Below are positions 28,256 through 42,202 of a stretch of DNA of 64,000 nucleotides, piece by piece. A program made the translations under genes and the position numbers. The DNA lies in assembly GCF_031769215.1 (NCBI RefSeq), contig NW_026782462.1, positions 992,001 through 1,056,000 of the forward strand. The letters are read 5' to 3'. The notes under the pieces were generated by a model that saw nothing but the letters and a program-made list of their open reading frames with translations, had not been told where the DNA came from and made no database searches. The DNA is from Ylistrum balloti. Its lineage: Eukaryota. Positions within the stretch are counted from its first letter, which is position 1, and each line of letters begins with the position of its first letter.

Positions 28256-30519
28256 TTTAGCGGATTTAAGCGCTAACTCACCGACCCCTCGTTCACTACC
28301 TTAGATATTGCGAAGATGTGAAGTACTTTCACGTAAATAAACAAAGAAATTACCACGGAAAATCCCAAAATAGATCACAATCACATGTAGCACAGTAAAG
28401 ACAATATGGCTGCATCAACAAAAGCGTTGAACTTATGACGTCACGGGTTTGGGTGCCCGAAAACGAGGTCAACGCCTCTCAGTCAAAGGTGTGTTTTTTT
28501 AGAAAAGTCGCAATTTCTCAGTAACGGAACATTCCATGGCATTCGCGTTTTCGGCATAGTGTATTTTATGTGCAGAACTATTTTTCAAGGTCAACATAGC
28601 TGACCTCTCAGGGTACACTTTAATGTAGATGTACATTGTATATGGTTGTAGAGCAGTTTCCAACTGTGCTGTTGTTTACGTACATCTAAGTCTATAAAAT
28701 AAGAAAATGTGATAGGACAAATAATTATACCGTGGCTGAGTTTCCCTTTCTCAGACTAAATGTAATCATGTATCGTCTACTATATTGAACTCGGAGAGAA
28801 TCACATTTAGATCCGCCATTTGTTGGCGTGATTTGAGAATACGGGTTTCCTTATACATGTCTCGGGGCTCTTCACGGCTGGGTGCTTCCACTGCTGTGTC
28901 CAGATAAGTGAAACATGGCCTACAGAATTACGTAATATCGTCCCTATGTATCAGTGTATCACAGAAACTCAGAAATACCTACAAACAGTTTGTATAAGTA
29001 ATCATTGCCATTTTATCAGTTGTGTTTTATCCGATGTAGATGATTTTTCACGTTCTCTTGTCATCGTTAAAGCGAAATCTCGCTATTGCGATGGATGAAA
29101 ATGACACAGTTCATTTCTGCTGATTTCTGTTTTTTTTATCTGTTGACAAATATTTGAATTATTTACAATAGATTAAAAGCAAGCTTGATTTGGTATATGC
29201 AATGCATAAAATGAACATGTATAATACACATATGTAACTTGTAATATTGTACACCCCATTGATCTGTGAATTTAACCAGAACGGTGATAATTTGTTCTCT
29301 TCAGCCCTTTTAACAACAAGACAGTATCTACACGAGTCGGTCCCTTGACAGCCCTATAGAGAGAAGACAACCTACCACATCCCATTTTACATGTGGCACG
29401 GAAGGACGATGCAATAACTGTCGTCTGCCGAGTGTGCTATGGAGATATAGACTCCTGCGTTTTGTGGGTTTCCAATCGGAAGGGAGCGAGCCGAGGATCT
29501 GACGTTATATGTCCTTGGATTGAAGTTAAACGTCAATGGCTTCCCATTTCAAGTCTGCTCAGCTTTGAGATAAACATTGTACCCAACATATTTCCTCCTG
29601 AGTCACATCCTGTCGATACTTTTCCCCTTCAGATAGGTAGTTGTATAGATGAAACTTGCTTACGATAGCATACTTATTTTTCTTAGAATGCTAAACGATT
29701 AGTTGCGAAATTTTGATTTGGTAAAGGCAAGTTATTCTCCAGAGGCGCCATCTACCATCGGTCGTGTGATCTATTAGGCTATAGCGATACACGCCTGGCG
29801 GAGCTACAGTCGTTTACGGTAGTGTATAGCGGTAGGTGGGCGCCATTTTAACAAGATCCTGTTTTTACATGACAGTTATTTAGCGTAAACTCTCCGACAT
29901 CAAATCACAGATTAATTTGTTAGCTTATGTTATGTCCATTGCATATAAATGATCGTTTTATCCTGGTAGGGCGGTTCGGTTTTTGACGCCAGTAGAGTGA
30001 CCTTGGGAGAATGAAGGTCAGTCAATATGACACCGCAACACAATGACCAGCGTTTGAGATCGTAAATTCTAATATTTCCAATGTATATAAATTACTATTT
30101 TATCCTTAATGCCGTTTAAAGATGCTCGCTGAATGAGTTTTTCTTCAGTCCCGGTATGGAGTCTGTTGTTGTATAGATCTTTACGTTCAAATAGTCTCTG
30201 GTCCTCCATTAAACGTGACACCGAACGTTAAGGGAATACGGTCGCATTTTGTTACAGAAACACTGTTTTTGTCACCAAACGTAAAGATCGATAGCAGTAA
30301 CAACATTCTAAGATACACTAACATATCATTTTCGCATACCTGTAAATTTACTTCGGAAAACAAGACATTTCATACACATTATATATAACATTATTAGCAA
30401 CGGTGTTGGAAGTAGTTTCTTTGTGCGTTGTACTACAACAATTTTAAAATGTCGACATCTGAAAGACAAAGTTATAAGAAACGGTTTTGAAAGATGCAGG
30501 TTGATGAAGATTATGTTTT

Positions 30520-30830
30520 GCAGACGTAATGATCATCTCACTGCGGGTGATTCTATTTCTTTATCAGATACATATAAGACACTACAAGTAATACCTGGTG
30601 ATTCTGTAGCGTTTATCTTGATCTCATTTGTGAAATTCGAAAGACTTACTAGAATTGACCTAGATGGTCACGGTAAGTGTCATCGACGAAGCAAAAGACG
30701 CTTACTATTGCGGATACATGGTTTCATTTTCCGTGGACATTTTGAAGTCTGCGCGTAAATCTCTCTGTTTAGATTTTACCCTAGTTTCATCGTATTCGAT
30801 GTTTGATCGTGATTCCGTTAACATGTCGGT
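30520..30830 (+). mobile_element. Highly decayed Penelope-like RT end plus 3' tail
   Basis: I*DTT..SVYLDL..EI remnant, followed by GTGTCATCGACGAAGCAAAAGACGCTTACT, similar to 54886-54915. Confidence 0.55.
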
Positions 30831-32348
30831 ATGTTCTTGTTTTTTTTTTTTTTTAATCGTGTGGCACATTGTGAAAATTGCACATAATTTCGTAGCCAAT
30901 GAACTGTAATGAAATGGATTTAAGATGCCGTTCGACACTTGAATAACAAAGTTTTGTTTTCGATAGATTTCAGATAAATGTAATTCCCCATTTAAAAAAT
31001 ACTGAAAATAAGCTAAACGTTTAAGTTTACTGAAGATTTGTATGCACATATGTAACGATAAATTATCGATTGATCGTTATATCATTGATCATGTGATTGA
31101 CCTGTTATCACGTGATTTTCCAATATATTTGGTTATTCATCAACTATCATTATTTGATTATTACGTCAAACTATAGGCACTGACGTTACAACGTAAGTAT
31201 TGAATTAACAAAAAAAAAATCAGCTTCTGTTTGATTTTGTCCTCCTCATTTCGACTTAAATACCAGTCACAGTTTCGTTTTACGTAATCTATATGATATT
31301 GAAATGTGTTAAATTTGCTTCCAATTCATGTACTCGCAAAAGTGACTTTTTATGTATACCATGTGATGATGACGTCAACGTGATTATAAAGCTAACATGA
31401 TTTTCTTGATTGCAAACGAATAGAGTCTATCAGAATCCGTGTCCATTGTAATCTGTGACATTACAACACGACAAATAAACGATACTCCTTGGGACTTTCA
31501 TAAATGTGCATGTGTATGGATGATTTTGAAAATTTTCAAAACCATTGACGTAAAAGATGCGTGCGTATGGATGAGTAGGGGAATATTGCGGAGTCTTTAA
31601 GCATAGCACACTTGCAGTTTTGGATTCAGCAAGCACTTATTCGACAGTAATGTGTGGATATTTTGCTTATACCGAGAAAAGTGATAACAATCGAACCCTT
31701 AGCTTAAAACGCTGTTTTCTATAAGTGACTTTATGTTCCCCTTGCTACATTTCCGTACATAACTTGCACTAAGTAAAGTTTTACAGGTACATGACCCGTC
31801 GTTTTCATCACGTATTCCACTCGTACTGTTGCTGGTTAATCTGTATTATTACATTGTATAGTATAATGCCCCCAGGTGTACAAAGACTCTTAAAGGGCAG
31901 AAGTGAAAGAAGTGAATTATACCATAACATTTTTTGTTTGTGTATAGGTCAAAAAGTCGTTATCTTCTTTATATCTTATTGCTGAAAATTACCATAAGAC
32001 CTTTCCTTATTATGTCTCCACAAACATCGCTGATCACTCGCATTACACCCAGATTTTGTCATAAAACAGGCCTTATCTAACATATATTCCTCCCCCTCCA
32101 AACCCACTCCTTAATCAATTACATCTACAAAAAATTATCATCAATGATTCAAGACGTACAAGTGCATGCAGTATTTAGATTGGCCTCAGCCAATCCCTCG
32201 ACCTCACGTGAGATGTTTGGCCGGGTGTATATGTCATATCGATGAGGTAAATGTTTACACGAGAAAATCGAAATAATATCACAGCAATATGGGTATATCA
32301 TAATTCATTGTATATAAATAGTTTTAATAATTAAACATGCACATATAA

Positions 32349-32450
32349 TATCAAGATTACACGACTGCGTAATACTAAATGCATCACAGTACATACATGT
32401 AGTATCAAGATTACACGCCTGCTTAATACTAAATGCATCACAGTACATAT
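32349..32450. repeat. 54-bp tandem duplication
   Basis: TATCAAGATTACACG..TAATACTAAATGCATCACAGTACATA occurs twice. Confidence 0.85.
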
Positions 32451-35249
32451 TTTACATCGGAAAATATTGAAATGTTTTTTATTTGATATCATAGAGAGGT
32501 CAAGTTTCGGCTTCCAATGGCGATGTCTGATGATTTCGGGAAACATTTATAAAGAAGATGAGAGATATTTCCGTTTAGTTAAATATTTCTCATCACTAGC
32601 CATGTTGTACTGGTCTGCGCATGTCAATACATCAAGGTTCTCTGGTCTTGTAATACACATCCACCCGTACAATACAGGCATGCGCAAGTAGACATGTGAC
32701 GTGTTCTTTGGCGTCATCGCCTGATACAATGCCTACACATTTGTTTACAATTAGTTATTTGCAATGATTGTTTATCCTAAAACTATTTATGCTTCACAAC
32801 TGATATGACACGTGTTAAAATTAGTAGCAGAGAGTTATTGTTTTTGTATTACACAGCCCGGTGTTTAAACACTTCGAAAGCCTCCGATTGGTCGTTTCTG
32901 ACCTCCGGCAATTCTGATTGGTTAACCTCTGAACTCTGTCATTGAACTACTTAACATCAGATTACTGCAGTGTTAGCTTGAACCGAGATGTTTCATTTGT
33001 CCATGTCTTACTCTGTCAGAAGTCACGTGAAAATATTTTCAAAAAGCATGCACGTTGTAAAGCTTTTAACTAACAACTTAGCGAAGAAATATACTGGTAC
33101 ACACAAATTAATGTAGGATACCTGTACTGTATCGCATGGTAAGGTTTAGTAACTATCTAGTATAATTGCTAACAAATCAATTAACATAGGTGTACCTTTA
33201 TTGGAAATTTATACCCAAACAGAACATTATAAAGCACTACTGCTCCTGCCATCCCTAGATTTCAATGCTAACTAATTGGATTTTGATAAACGTTATAAAC
33301 AATGGTTACGCGTTTGAGAACCTCTATTTATATTTCATTTTAATTTTTTAGGGCAAACTTTCTTTGCCAAATCTATGTAAGGAAAATTGAATTTCTATGC
33401 CAATTTGCCAATTAATTCTGTAATGAAAAATATTATTTTTGTTTATTATGGCGTCCTCTGTCGTACATCGTCGACGTTTGAAGATATTTTCTACAATATT
33501 TTAGTATGAGAAATGAGAGATTCTTTCATTAATATTTGGGATGAAGAATGGGAGATTTCACCATCGAGGTCACAGAATATGGTAAATTCTATTAAGCCTC
33601 GGGTTTTACGACATTGTGTGAACCTTCAGTTGGAAAGATCCCTTTCTTATACCGCGACATACATGTATGAACGATTTGTATGGTAAAATGCAGCTTTCCT
33701 ATTCTTTAGAGATAATGGAACAAAGACAGATGCGTGTATTATTACAAATATCTATTTCACTATTTCTTTCACAACAGAAAGGTGTCATCAGTCTACGAAG
33801 CCATTCACTTATCATTGCGACTATGTTAAAAACACAATTAAATCACACTTGATATAAACCGTAGACGTGTTTTAATTAGCTGTCAAAGGGAACTTTGACC
33901 GGAAGGGCAATACACGGACTAATTTAATATTTTGTATGTATTTCTGAAATTCTCAGGTTTACATATAAATGAGCGGCATTTTACAACAAATCACATAATT
34001 ACTCAACAACTGCTGCCGTAAAAGCATACGTAGATACGAAATATGTAGTTTTGAAATAGATCACACAACTAAATCATTGAAAGAAATTCCACATACAATA
34101 ACCATGCTTTGAGTTTCCACTCTTCCATTGATCGTGTTTCACCCCTGTTTACAACAATGTAATTTGAATTCTATATGATCTTTTGTGATATTTGAATACC
34201 ATGCCAAAAAATCAATAATTAATGCTGATATTCCTATGTTTTCTATCTACTGTGGGCGATCTTGGGCTAATTATTATAACCCTTCATATTTGATAGACAC
34301 TGATTAAATTTATTTCTTCATAGCAACACGCGTCATGTGTATTCTATTGTCATCGCATAAAGAAAAAATACGTGTTTAATCACTAACTCAAATAGAAAAA
34401 AATATCATTACTGTATTTAGTATCTGTATGATTTTGTTTTATCATTTTCAAGCTCTGTCTTTCAGGAATTAAAATCAAGCAAATGTTCGTCATACCTATG
34501 TGTATCCAAACGTTGCCATGGTGATGGAGTTTACACGGGTATATACGGGTAGAGTAAATGTAATGATGTAATGCAGGTCATGATCCAAGTTACATCGATC
34601 GAAAAATATCGTGAAAGTTAAGTATAAAACCATCTCTTCCACACAAAAGATCCTGTTTACCACCGACCTTGATAGTAATTATCAACACCTTCATCAAACG
34701 GCATTCGGAATTAGTAAGGTTTTAGTAAGAGTAATCACTGCCTTGTCAGGAGCGAATTGACAGCACTTAAAAAAAACAAAACAAAAAAAAAAAAAAAACA
34801 GGCGTTTCAAGGATGAATCATTGGCACAGACTAACATTATGTGTTTGATTTGTGTTTTTATTTAAACACTTGTACAAATACGTGTTGATCTGTCTAATTA
34901 AGACTCGTCAGTAAATATTTCGATTAGTTATGAAGTCATCAAGTGAAGATAAAATCTTCATTGGCATGTTGACAAATATACAATTCTCGTATCTATTGAT
35001 TTCTTAATTTGCTTTCTGTTGTTTTAAAGTATACGTTTGCTGTGCTCTTCTCTAAGTGACATTTAATTTTCACATAGTAGATGAATCGTTTTACGAATTA
35101 GTCAGTCAAAATAAGATGGCTAATAGTTTATTTCTGAAGATATATATAAATATATATATTATATTTATATTTATAAAGATTATTTTAAGGATGTCACTTT
35201 AATTCCAAATGCAACTAACTCCTCTCAAAATCTAACCATACAAGTGTTT

Positions 35250-35385
35250 CAAGAAACTTCACCCTACAAACTTTTCCCCAAACTTCACCCTACAAATTTC
35301 TCTCGAAACTTCACCACACAGACATCATTGTAATCCTCATCATACAAACCTCTCTCGAATCCTGATCATACAAATGGCTATCGAA
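35250..35385. repeat. Degenerate 26-27-bp tandem repeat (AAACTTCACCCTACAAA...)
   Basis: Four to five diverging copies. Confidence 0.7.
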
Positions 35386-37417
35386 TTCCCAGGCTGAATA
35401 GTTGGCAGTGGTTATCAAATAATCGATAATTAATCAATTCGACATATTGGTAAATGTGATGGACTCACATAGTGCGCCATATGGCATGCTCTCGTTCTTC
35501 AGTAGGTTCGTATGTTGCGTCATGCTTTTAATACGTAATCGAATCTAGCTATACAATGTCGTGTTGCAGATTTTTCTTGTACAGTACATATTATGTGTGA
35601 TTAATGTGCAGCTTTTGTATAAATTGCCATAAAACACCGTACACTTAACAGCCTTTCCTACAATTGCACGTGCTGCAGACAAGACGCACCATCTGTAGAC
35701 AGCGGTTGGCCACGGTGTAACGTTACGTTGTTTTGACGATAAGCTCTCTCGGGAGGAGTTTTTATATTTCTTACATTTAATGTTGATGGACAAGATAGAC
35801 AAGTATTAGGGTTGGGGCTCCTTTACAACCTGTTCGTCTCCTACGGGAATATAGCGCAAGAATTAACTATATTTACAGATCTGTAATCAAATAAACAGTT
35901 ATTGGATTAATAAAAAGAACATGGTATAAAAAAGTCAAGTTGATATAGTCCTTTTTTGTCACCTTTTAAAAAAATAAAGGATAAGGAAATAATGCAAAAT
36001 GTTTTTAGAATGGATATTACTGCTAATTCCGCTGGAGACTTGATGGTGTATTTTATTGTGTACATTAGGTTTATTTTGATACATGTACAAGAGGTGTCTT
36101 TTCAACAACATGACGTATGGATTTAAAAATTGAGACAAATCGATTCCTATTAAATTAATTTTGGTCAGTTTCAGCTACATGTACCAATGTGCATTACATG
36201 TACTTGTCGTTAACATAGAAACGTTTTAGAGAGCTTCCAACAACAGTATAAAGTCACAGTATAATCCAATGGTTTATAACAATATCCTTTTAAATTGTTG
36301 TTGCACTGAGTTTCAGGGAGCCTGAATTTGTTGATTAACACTGCACAGCTGCACCGTCCGTTAGCACGCTTTCCTGTGGAATATTTATGAGAAAATACCT
36401 ATGTCTACAAGAAAATGCTTTCAGGAGTTTGGAAGCCTTTAATATTTCAGCACGTTGTGTAATTGACTGGTAGTGTTGTATGTAATTTGTGTTTTAAGTC
36501 ACCCGAGGATTGCATGTCCGTGTTCAGTATAAACTACATACGAACTAGGTTCTGTTGATTTCACTTCGCTACCAATCATATACGCTAAACCAAATCGTAC
36601 AATCCAAGACTTTCTAGGTAAAAAAAAAAAAAAAAAACTGGCAATTTCAACAAAGCCAGAGGTAATTCAATAATTGTATTGTAAATCGTTTATTCAAGAC
36701 ACAAATTGTTAAAGGCCGCTGAGTACACATACAAAACTGCGCTTAGCTGTGGAGGAGGGAAGTTTCAGATAGGAGCTGATGTTTACAAATATATTAATTA
36801 TCATATCCTGCGGTGAAAAGAGCATCAAATTATTTCTTTGTAAGAACCAAATGTCCATCAGTTTGATATCGTCCTGTATAACGTGCTAGTTATCCTACGT
36901 TTCGTCATGTTAATATCTGCATTGGTAATGATCATATGACACGCTGAGCTATAGAAAGACTTTCTACATCCGGTTTCAGTGTCCCTAGATATTATCCAAG
37001 TTAATTTAGTACAACAAAATAAGCTGTACCTTATCACATTAATCAAAAACAAGAATAGTTACTGAATTAAAAAAATGAAAACAAAATATTTATGATTTTC
37101 AAGGATGATTATGAGGCATGAAAGTTTTATTTAACACTTCTTTCAGTATCAGCGAAAAATCCGTTCAGAATTCCAATATATCGCAACGATGTAATTCACC
37201 AGTTAATTAACTGCCATATCATTATGTAATATCTTAAAAGTAAAATGTAAATAGAATCTGTAAGCATCCTAAACAAGTGGATATTTGGATCGGGACTGCC
37301 ATCTTTAACAGTTATGCAGTCACAGGGGTATTTCTGGTCCAAGGTTTTGGTATAATAAAGATATTGTTAATGCTGTATAAATGTTTATGCCACTTGGTTG
37401 TCAATGCTGTTACATAT

Positions 37418-37502
37418 CATGTCACGTCACAGCTCAGTAACTACATAATATACATGTCACACCTCAGTAACTACATAATATACACGTCACACCTCAGTAA
37501 CT
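37418..37502. repeat. Short array of the 30-bp GTCACACCTCAGTAA unit
   Basis: About 3 copies, same unit as 38225-38760. Confidence 0.8.
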
Positions 37503-38224
37503 GTTTGTCATATCAATCAACATTCATGGCTATGTTTCTTTATTTCTTGTTCTCAATATACACAAGTATATGTAATGTACCCTAAAACCGCTCGAGTTGT
37601 GGCCTGATTGTCAGGACGGTGTTATTAACTTTACAATATATTATATATCATGATATGACTTGAATGAGTAAAGTGGACACATGTATACCAAGTAAAGACG
37701 TCAGAGATGTGGATCATACTAGTGGTGATAGGTTGCTTATTCTGGTCGCCTTCATGAACCTTTGGTACAAAAGTGATATATTTATTCTTCTCATTGTCTC
37801 CATCTATAACCTAAAAGGTCACAAAGGAGAATTTATTGAGAAGTTAAAGTGATCTTGGAACTGTGGAACAATTATTTCACAACTTTTTGGGATGATACGA
37901 CTTAACACAGTCGTAAATTCTCGACTATATAAATTCTATATTCTTATTTCCTCGTAAAGTTGTACAAAACGACCTTTTTTATGTTCAGGCAATGCTTTCC
38001 ACGACAGGTCATTTTTTACACTTCCAGCATCGAAAGAAGCACCTACGTTAAATACATATATATGATCAATGTACAATTGTAATAGTAATGAAGTAAAACT
38101 TGTAAAGAAAATCCCACATTGATGCGATGTGTTAGAGGTGTAAGGTACACTGAACCATACACGTCACAACACCACAACGCCCATCGAATATCCACTCAAG
38201 CACTTACAAGTTATTCTATGTAAT

Positions 38225-38760
38225 AAACACGTCACAGATCTGTAACTACATAACATACCAGTCACACCTCAGTAATCATATAATATACTCGTCACACCTC
38301 AGTAATCATATAACCTACCAGCCACACGTCAGTAACTAAATAACATACCCGTCACAGATCAGTAACTAAATAAGATACTCGTCATACCTTAGTAATTATA
38401 TGATATACCTGTCACACCTCAGTAATTATATAACAAACCCGTCAAACCTCAGTAATTATATGATATACCCGTCACACCTTAGTAATTATATGATAAACCC
38501 GTCACCTTTCAGTAATTATATAATATACCCGTCACACCTCGGTAATTATATGATATACCCGTCATACCTCAATTATTATATAATATAACGTTACACTTCA
38601 GTAATTATATGATTAACCCGTCACCTTTCAGTAATTATATAATATACCCGTCATACCTCAGTAATTATATAATACACCCGTCACACCTCAGTAATTATAT
38701 ATTATGACGTAACACCTCAGTAATAATATATTATACACGTCACACCTCTAGAACTTTATG
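38225..38760. repeat. 30-bp minisatellite (GTCACACCTCAGTAATTATATRATATACCC), about 17 copies
   Basis: Unit starts at 38411, 38441 and 38471. Confidence 0.95.
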
Positions 38761-39414
38761 TTATATACGTTTCTCTACAGTACATATTTATAAAACATAC
38801 ACTTTACACCACGATGTTCTGTAAGTCATGACGCCTGTGACTATATAAAGAGATGTACACTGTACATGTATATACTGGCTCCGTATTGTCGCTTAGTACA
38901 GTAGTATGCCGGCAGTGTGATGACGTACATTTTGTATTGATTGTGTTTGAAAAATGTTTAATTCATTAAACATGAAATATATTGGGTAATACATATATAA
39001 TTTCACATCCTTAACGTAGGCCGAATATTAACCTGTGCGTTCCCTAAGAGCAGAAATGGCGCTGAGAAGTTGCCCGCGAAATATATCATTTACATTCCTC
39101 TAGGGATTAATTCGAATGACAGGGGAAACCAAAAACATTTCAAATCATAAAACAATTTATAAATATCTCTATTTGTTGTAGCAGATGTTCGTTATCATCC
39201 TAGGGGTGAGTTTTTTTTTAATATAATAATCGATACGTACTACATTATCTGTACACCCCGGTACTGAAACCTTTTTACTATAACACACTAATTCCCGTCT
39301 ATGTTTTCCAGAATGCTGACCATTAACATAAACTTTGTACAAAATAACGCAATAATCAGCATCTTCATTTCATTATCTAAGAACAAAGGTAATGCGGGAA
39401 AAGTTGTTTTAATC

Positions 39415-40290
39415 AGCTTAACACGGGTGTAGGTAATATAGATATACATAATAAAGTGTTGTTTGTAACACCTGACACGGGTGTAGATATATAGATATAC
39501 ATGATAAAGTGTTGTTTGTAACACCTGACACGAGTGTAGATATATAGATATACATGATAAAGTGTTGTTTGTAACACCTGACACGGGTGTAGATATATAG
39601 ATATACATAATAAAGTGTTGTTTGTAACACCGGACACGGGTGTAGATATATAGATGTACATATACATGATAAAGTGTTGTTTGTAACACCTGACACGGGT
39701 GTAGATATATAGATAGACATGATAAAGTATTGTTTGTAACACCTGACACGGGTGTAGGTTATATAGATACATGATAAAGTGTTGTTTGTAACACCTGACA
39801 CGGGTGTAGGTTATATAGATACACGATAAAGTGTTGTTGTAACACCTGACACAGGTGTAGATATAAAGATAGACATGATAAAGTGTTGTTTGTAACACCT
39901 GACACGGGTGTAGGTAATACATGATAAAGTGTTGTTTGTAACACCTGACACGGGTGTAGGTAATACATGATAAAGTGTTGTTTGTAACACCTGACACGGG
40001 TGTAGGTAATATAGATAGACATGATAAAGTGTTGTTTGTAACACTTGACACGGGTGTAGGTGATATAGATACACATGATAAAGTGTTGTTTGTAACACCT
40101 GAAACGGGTGTAGGTAATATAGATAGACATGATAAAGTGTTGTTTGTAACACTTGACACGGGTGTAGGTAATATAGATACACATGATAAAGTGCTGTTTG
40201 TAACACCTGAAACGGGTGTATGTAATATAGATAGACATAATAAAGTGTTGTTTGAAGCACATGACACGGGTGTAGGTTATATAGATACCT
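39415..40290. repeat. Roughly 46-60-bp minisatellite (ACACGGGTGTAG..ATAGATACATGATAAAGTGTTGTTTGTAACACCTG), about 16 copies
   Basis: Visible array; explains the ORFs at 39288-40355. Confidence 0.96.
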
Positions 40291-40879
40291 GTCTGTAAAT
40301 AAACCTCGTCACGATCCTTGATAAAGTAGGAAGTGATTGCTGTTATATAGAACACGTAGTATGGTATATCAGGTGTGTTTAGCCATTCTCCTTAGTTATT
40401 GATCTACCCGTCTTTAAAGTAAACACAACTGAATTTTCTTGAAGATCAATCAAAACAGAGTCTTTTCATCCATTGTGTAGTGAATATAATAGATGAATAC
40501 TTTCGTTTTCCGTATCGAAAGAATTAAGCTGTAAATTGTGATGGACTTAGGTGAAAATGGACTTAATGCTGACTGATATCTCGTAAATTACCAGCCAGAG
40601 ATTGTTGTTACAGTTGTAATCACTTCTGACCCCACGTGAATCCCTCTGTAGCTAAATTGATATAATGAGTACTTACAGCTGGATTTGCATCTCAAAAGGT
40701 AAAAGTTATTTAAAATTAACTGTAAAGCCTCTTTAAACATCATTAAACACGTACTTTAAACTGTAAAGTCTTTCCATGACCATATATTTCATGATAAACG
40801 TCCAAATGTGGGAAAAAGTCATCAAGTCGTTTATTACTTACATGTAACGCACATGGTTTAACATACATATTGTTACAAA

Positions 40880-41425
40880 CATACGGTGTAACACACACAT
40901 GGTGTTACACACACACACGGTGCTACACACACGGAGTTACACATACACGGTGTTACACACACACGGAGTTACACACACACGGTGTTACACACACACACAC
41001 AGTCAAGTTAACAATTCTGTATCTGTTACAGTTACACTGTGTTACATGGTGTTACACACACATGGTGTTACACACACACGGAGTTACACACACATGATGT
41101 TTCACACACGAAGTTACACACACAGTGTTACACACACACAGTGTTACACACACACGGAGTTACACACACACATGGTGTTACACACACGGAGTTACACACA
41201 CAGATGGTGTTACCCACACCCAGTGTTACACACACGGAGTTACACACACACGGTGTTACACACACGGAGTTACACACACACACGGTGTTACAAACACATG
41301 GTGTTACACACACGGAGTTACACACTCACGGTGTTACACACACATGGTGTTACACACACACACACACGGAGTTACACACACACACACGGTGTTACACACA
41401 CACGGTGTTACACACATGGTGTTAT
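40880..41425. repeat. Compound (CA)n-interrupted repeat GGTGTTACAC(AC)n / GGAGTTACAC(AC)n
   Basis: Visible array; explains the His/Thr-rich ORFs. Confidence 0.95.
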
Positions 41426-42202
41426 ATAATACTGATTTTTATGACTGGGTTTACGTTGCGTGTGTATATACGCAATAACCATGCAATGATTATAACGGAG
41501 TAAACTTGATTAAAGCCATGTCTGGAAAATAAGAAAAATATGTCTAACAAAAACTTTCTCTCACCAACCTAAATTTTCTATTTACATCGAAATTGTATGT
41601 AATGCTGTATTAAATTTATAGATCAACAATCGGTATAAATTGAAAAGGATGGGAATTCAACTTAGATATTTTTTACAGTAGGTACATTTAAGGATTTGTA
41701 CATGCGAAAATAATAGCTGATATCTGTGTCTAAAGCATGTGCGCAATAGTCTGCAGAAAGTAGACCCTTCTATATATATATATTATATATACAAATGTAC
41801 TGTATTAAATGCAAGCAGTCAACCCTCGCCATTTTCTTCTAACTTTATTTATTACATAGCAGTTGTACATACATTACAGAAAATGATAGGATTCAGAAAT
41901 AAGTACATAATACTTATCCGTCTCCTTTTATTCCTAGCACAGCAATGGAACAGTACAGGCAATATTTCATGCAATATTTATATATTGCACGTGCAGAGAG
42001 AGAGAGGAAGGGTGCAAAGGTCTAGAATTCGATGATTCTGAGACTCGCCATTTATCATCAGACGAATATCTGAGTCCATACTACTACACAAACAGTTTGT
42101 AAAAATTGAACGTTCTTCATTTATACAGAGTGAAATCTTGACGTATCATATAAATGAGCTTTCATTTCGAGTTTGAAAAACATGTGACCGATTATTTCAC
42201 AG

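Larger units (their letters stand above)
26887..28619. mobile_element. Non-autonomous (internally deleted) Kolobok-superfamily DNA transposon
   Basis: Perfect 15-bp TIRs AGTGTACCCTGAGAG (26887-26901) and CTCTCAGGGTACACT (28605-28619). TTAA on both sides (26883-26886, 28620-28623). The 5'-AG...CT-3' termini fit the Kolobok RR..YY rule. Interior has THAP and KolX-like remnants in convergent orientation. Confidence 0.88.

Noticed and set aside
29393-29668. 91-aa ORF, or a minus-strand FN3-like remnant
   Set aside because: Only a GYNVY-like match with stops; insufficient support.
34887-34912. Minus-strand CTGACGA-GTCT/AGAC hammerhead-like stem
   Set aside because: GAAA core missing (AGAT) and no stem III.
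39288-41503. Multiple 100-280 aa ORFs
   Set aside because: Artefacts of the roughly 54-bp and CA-rich arrays.
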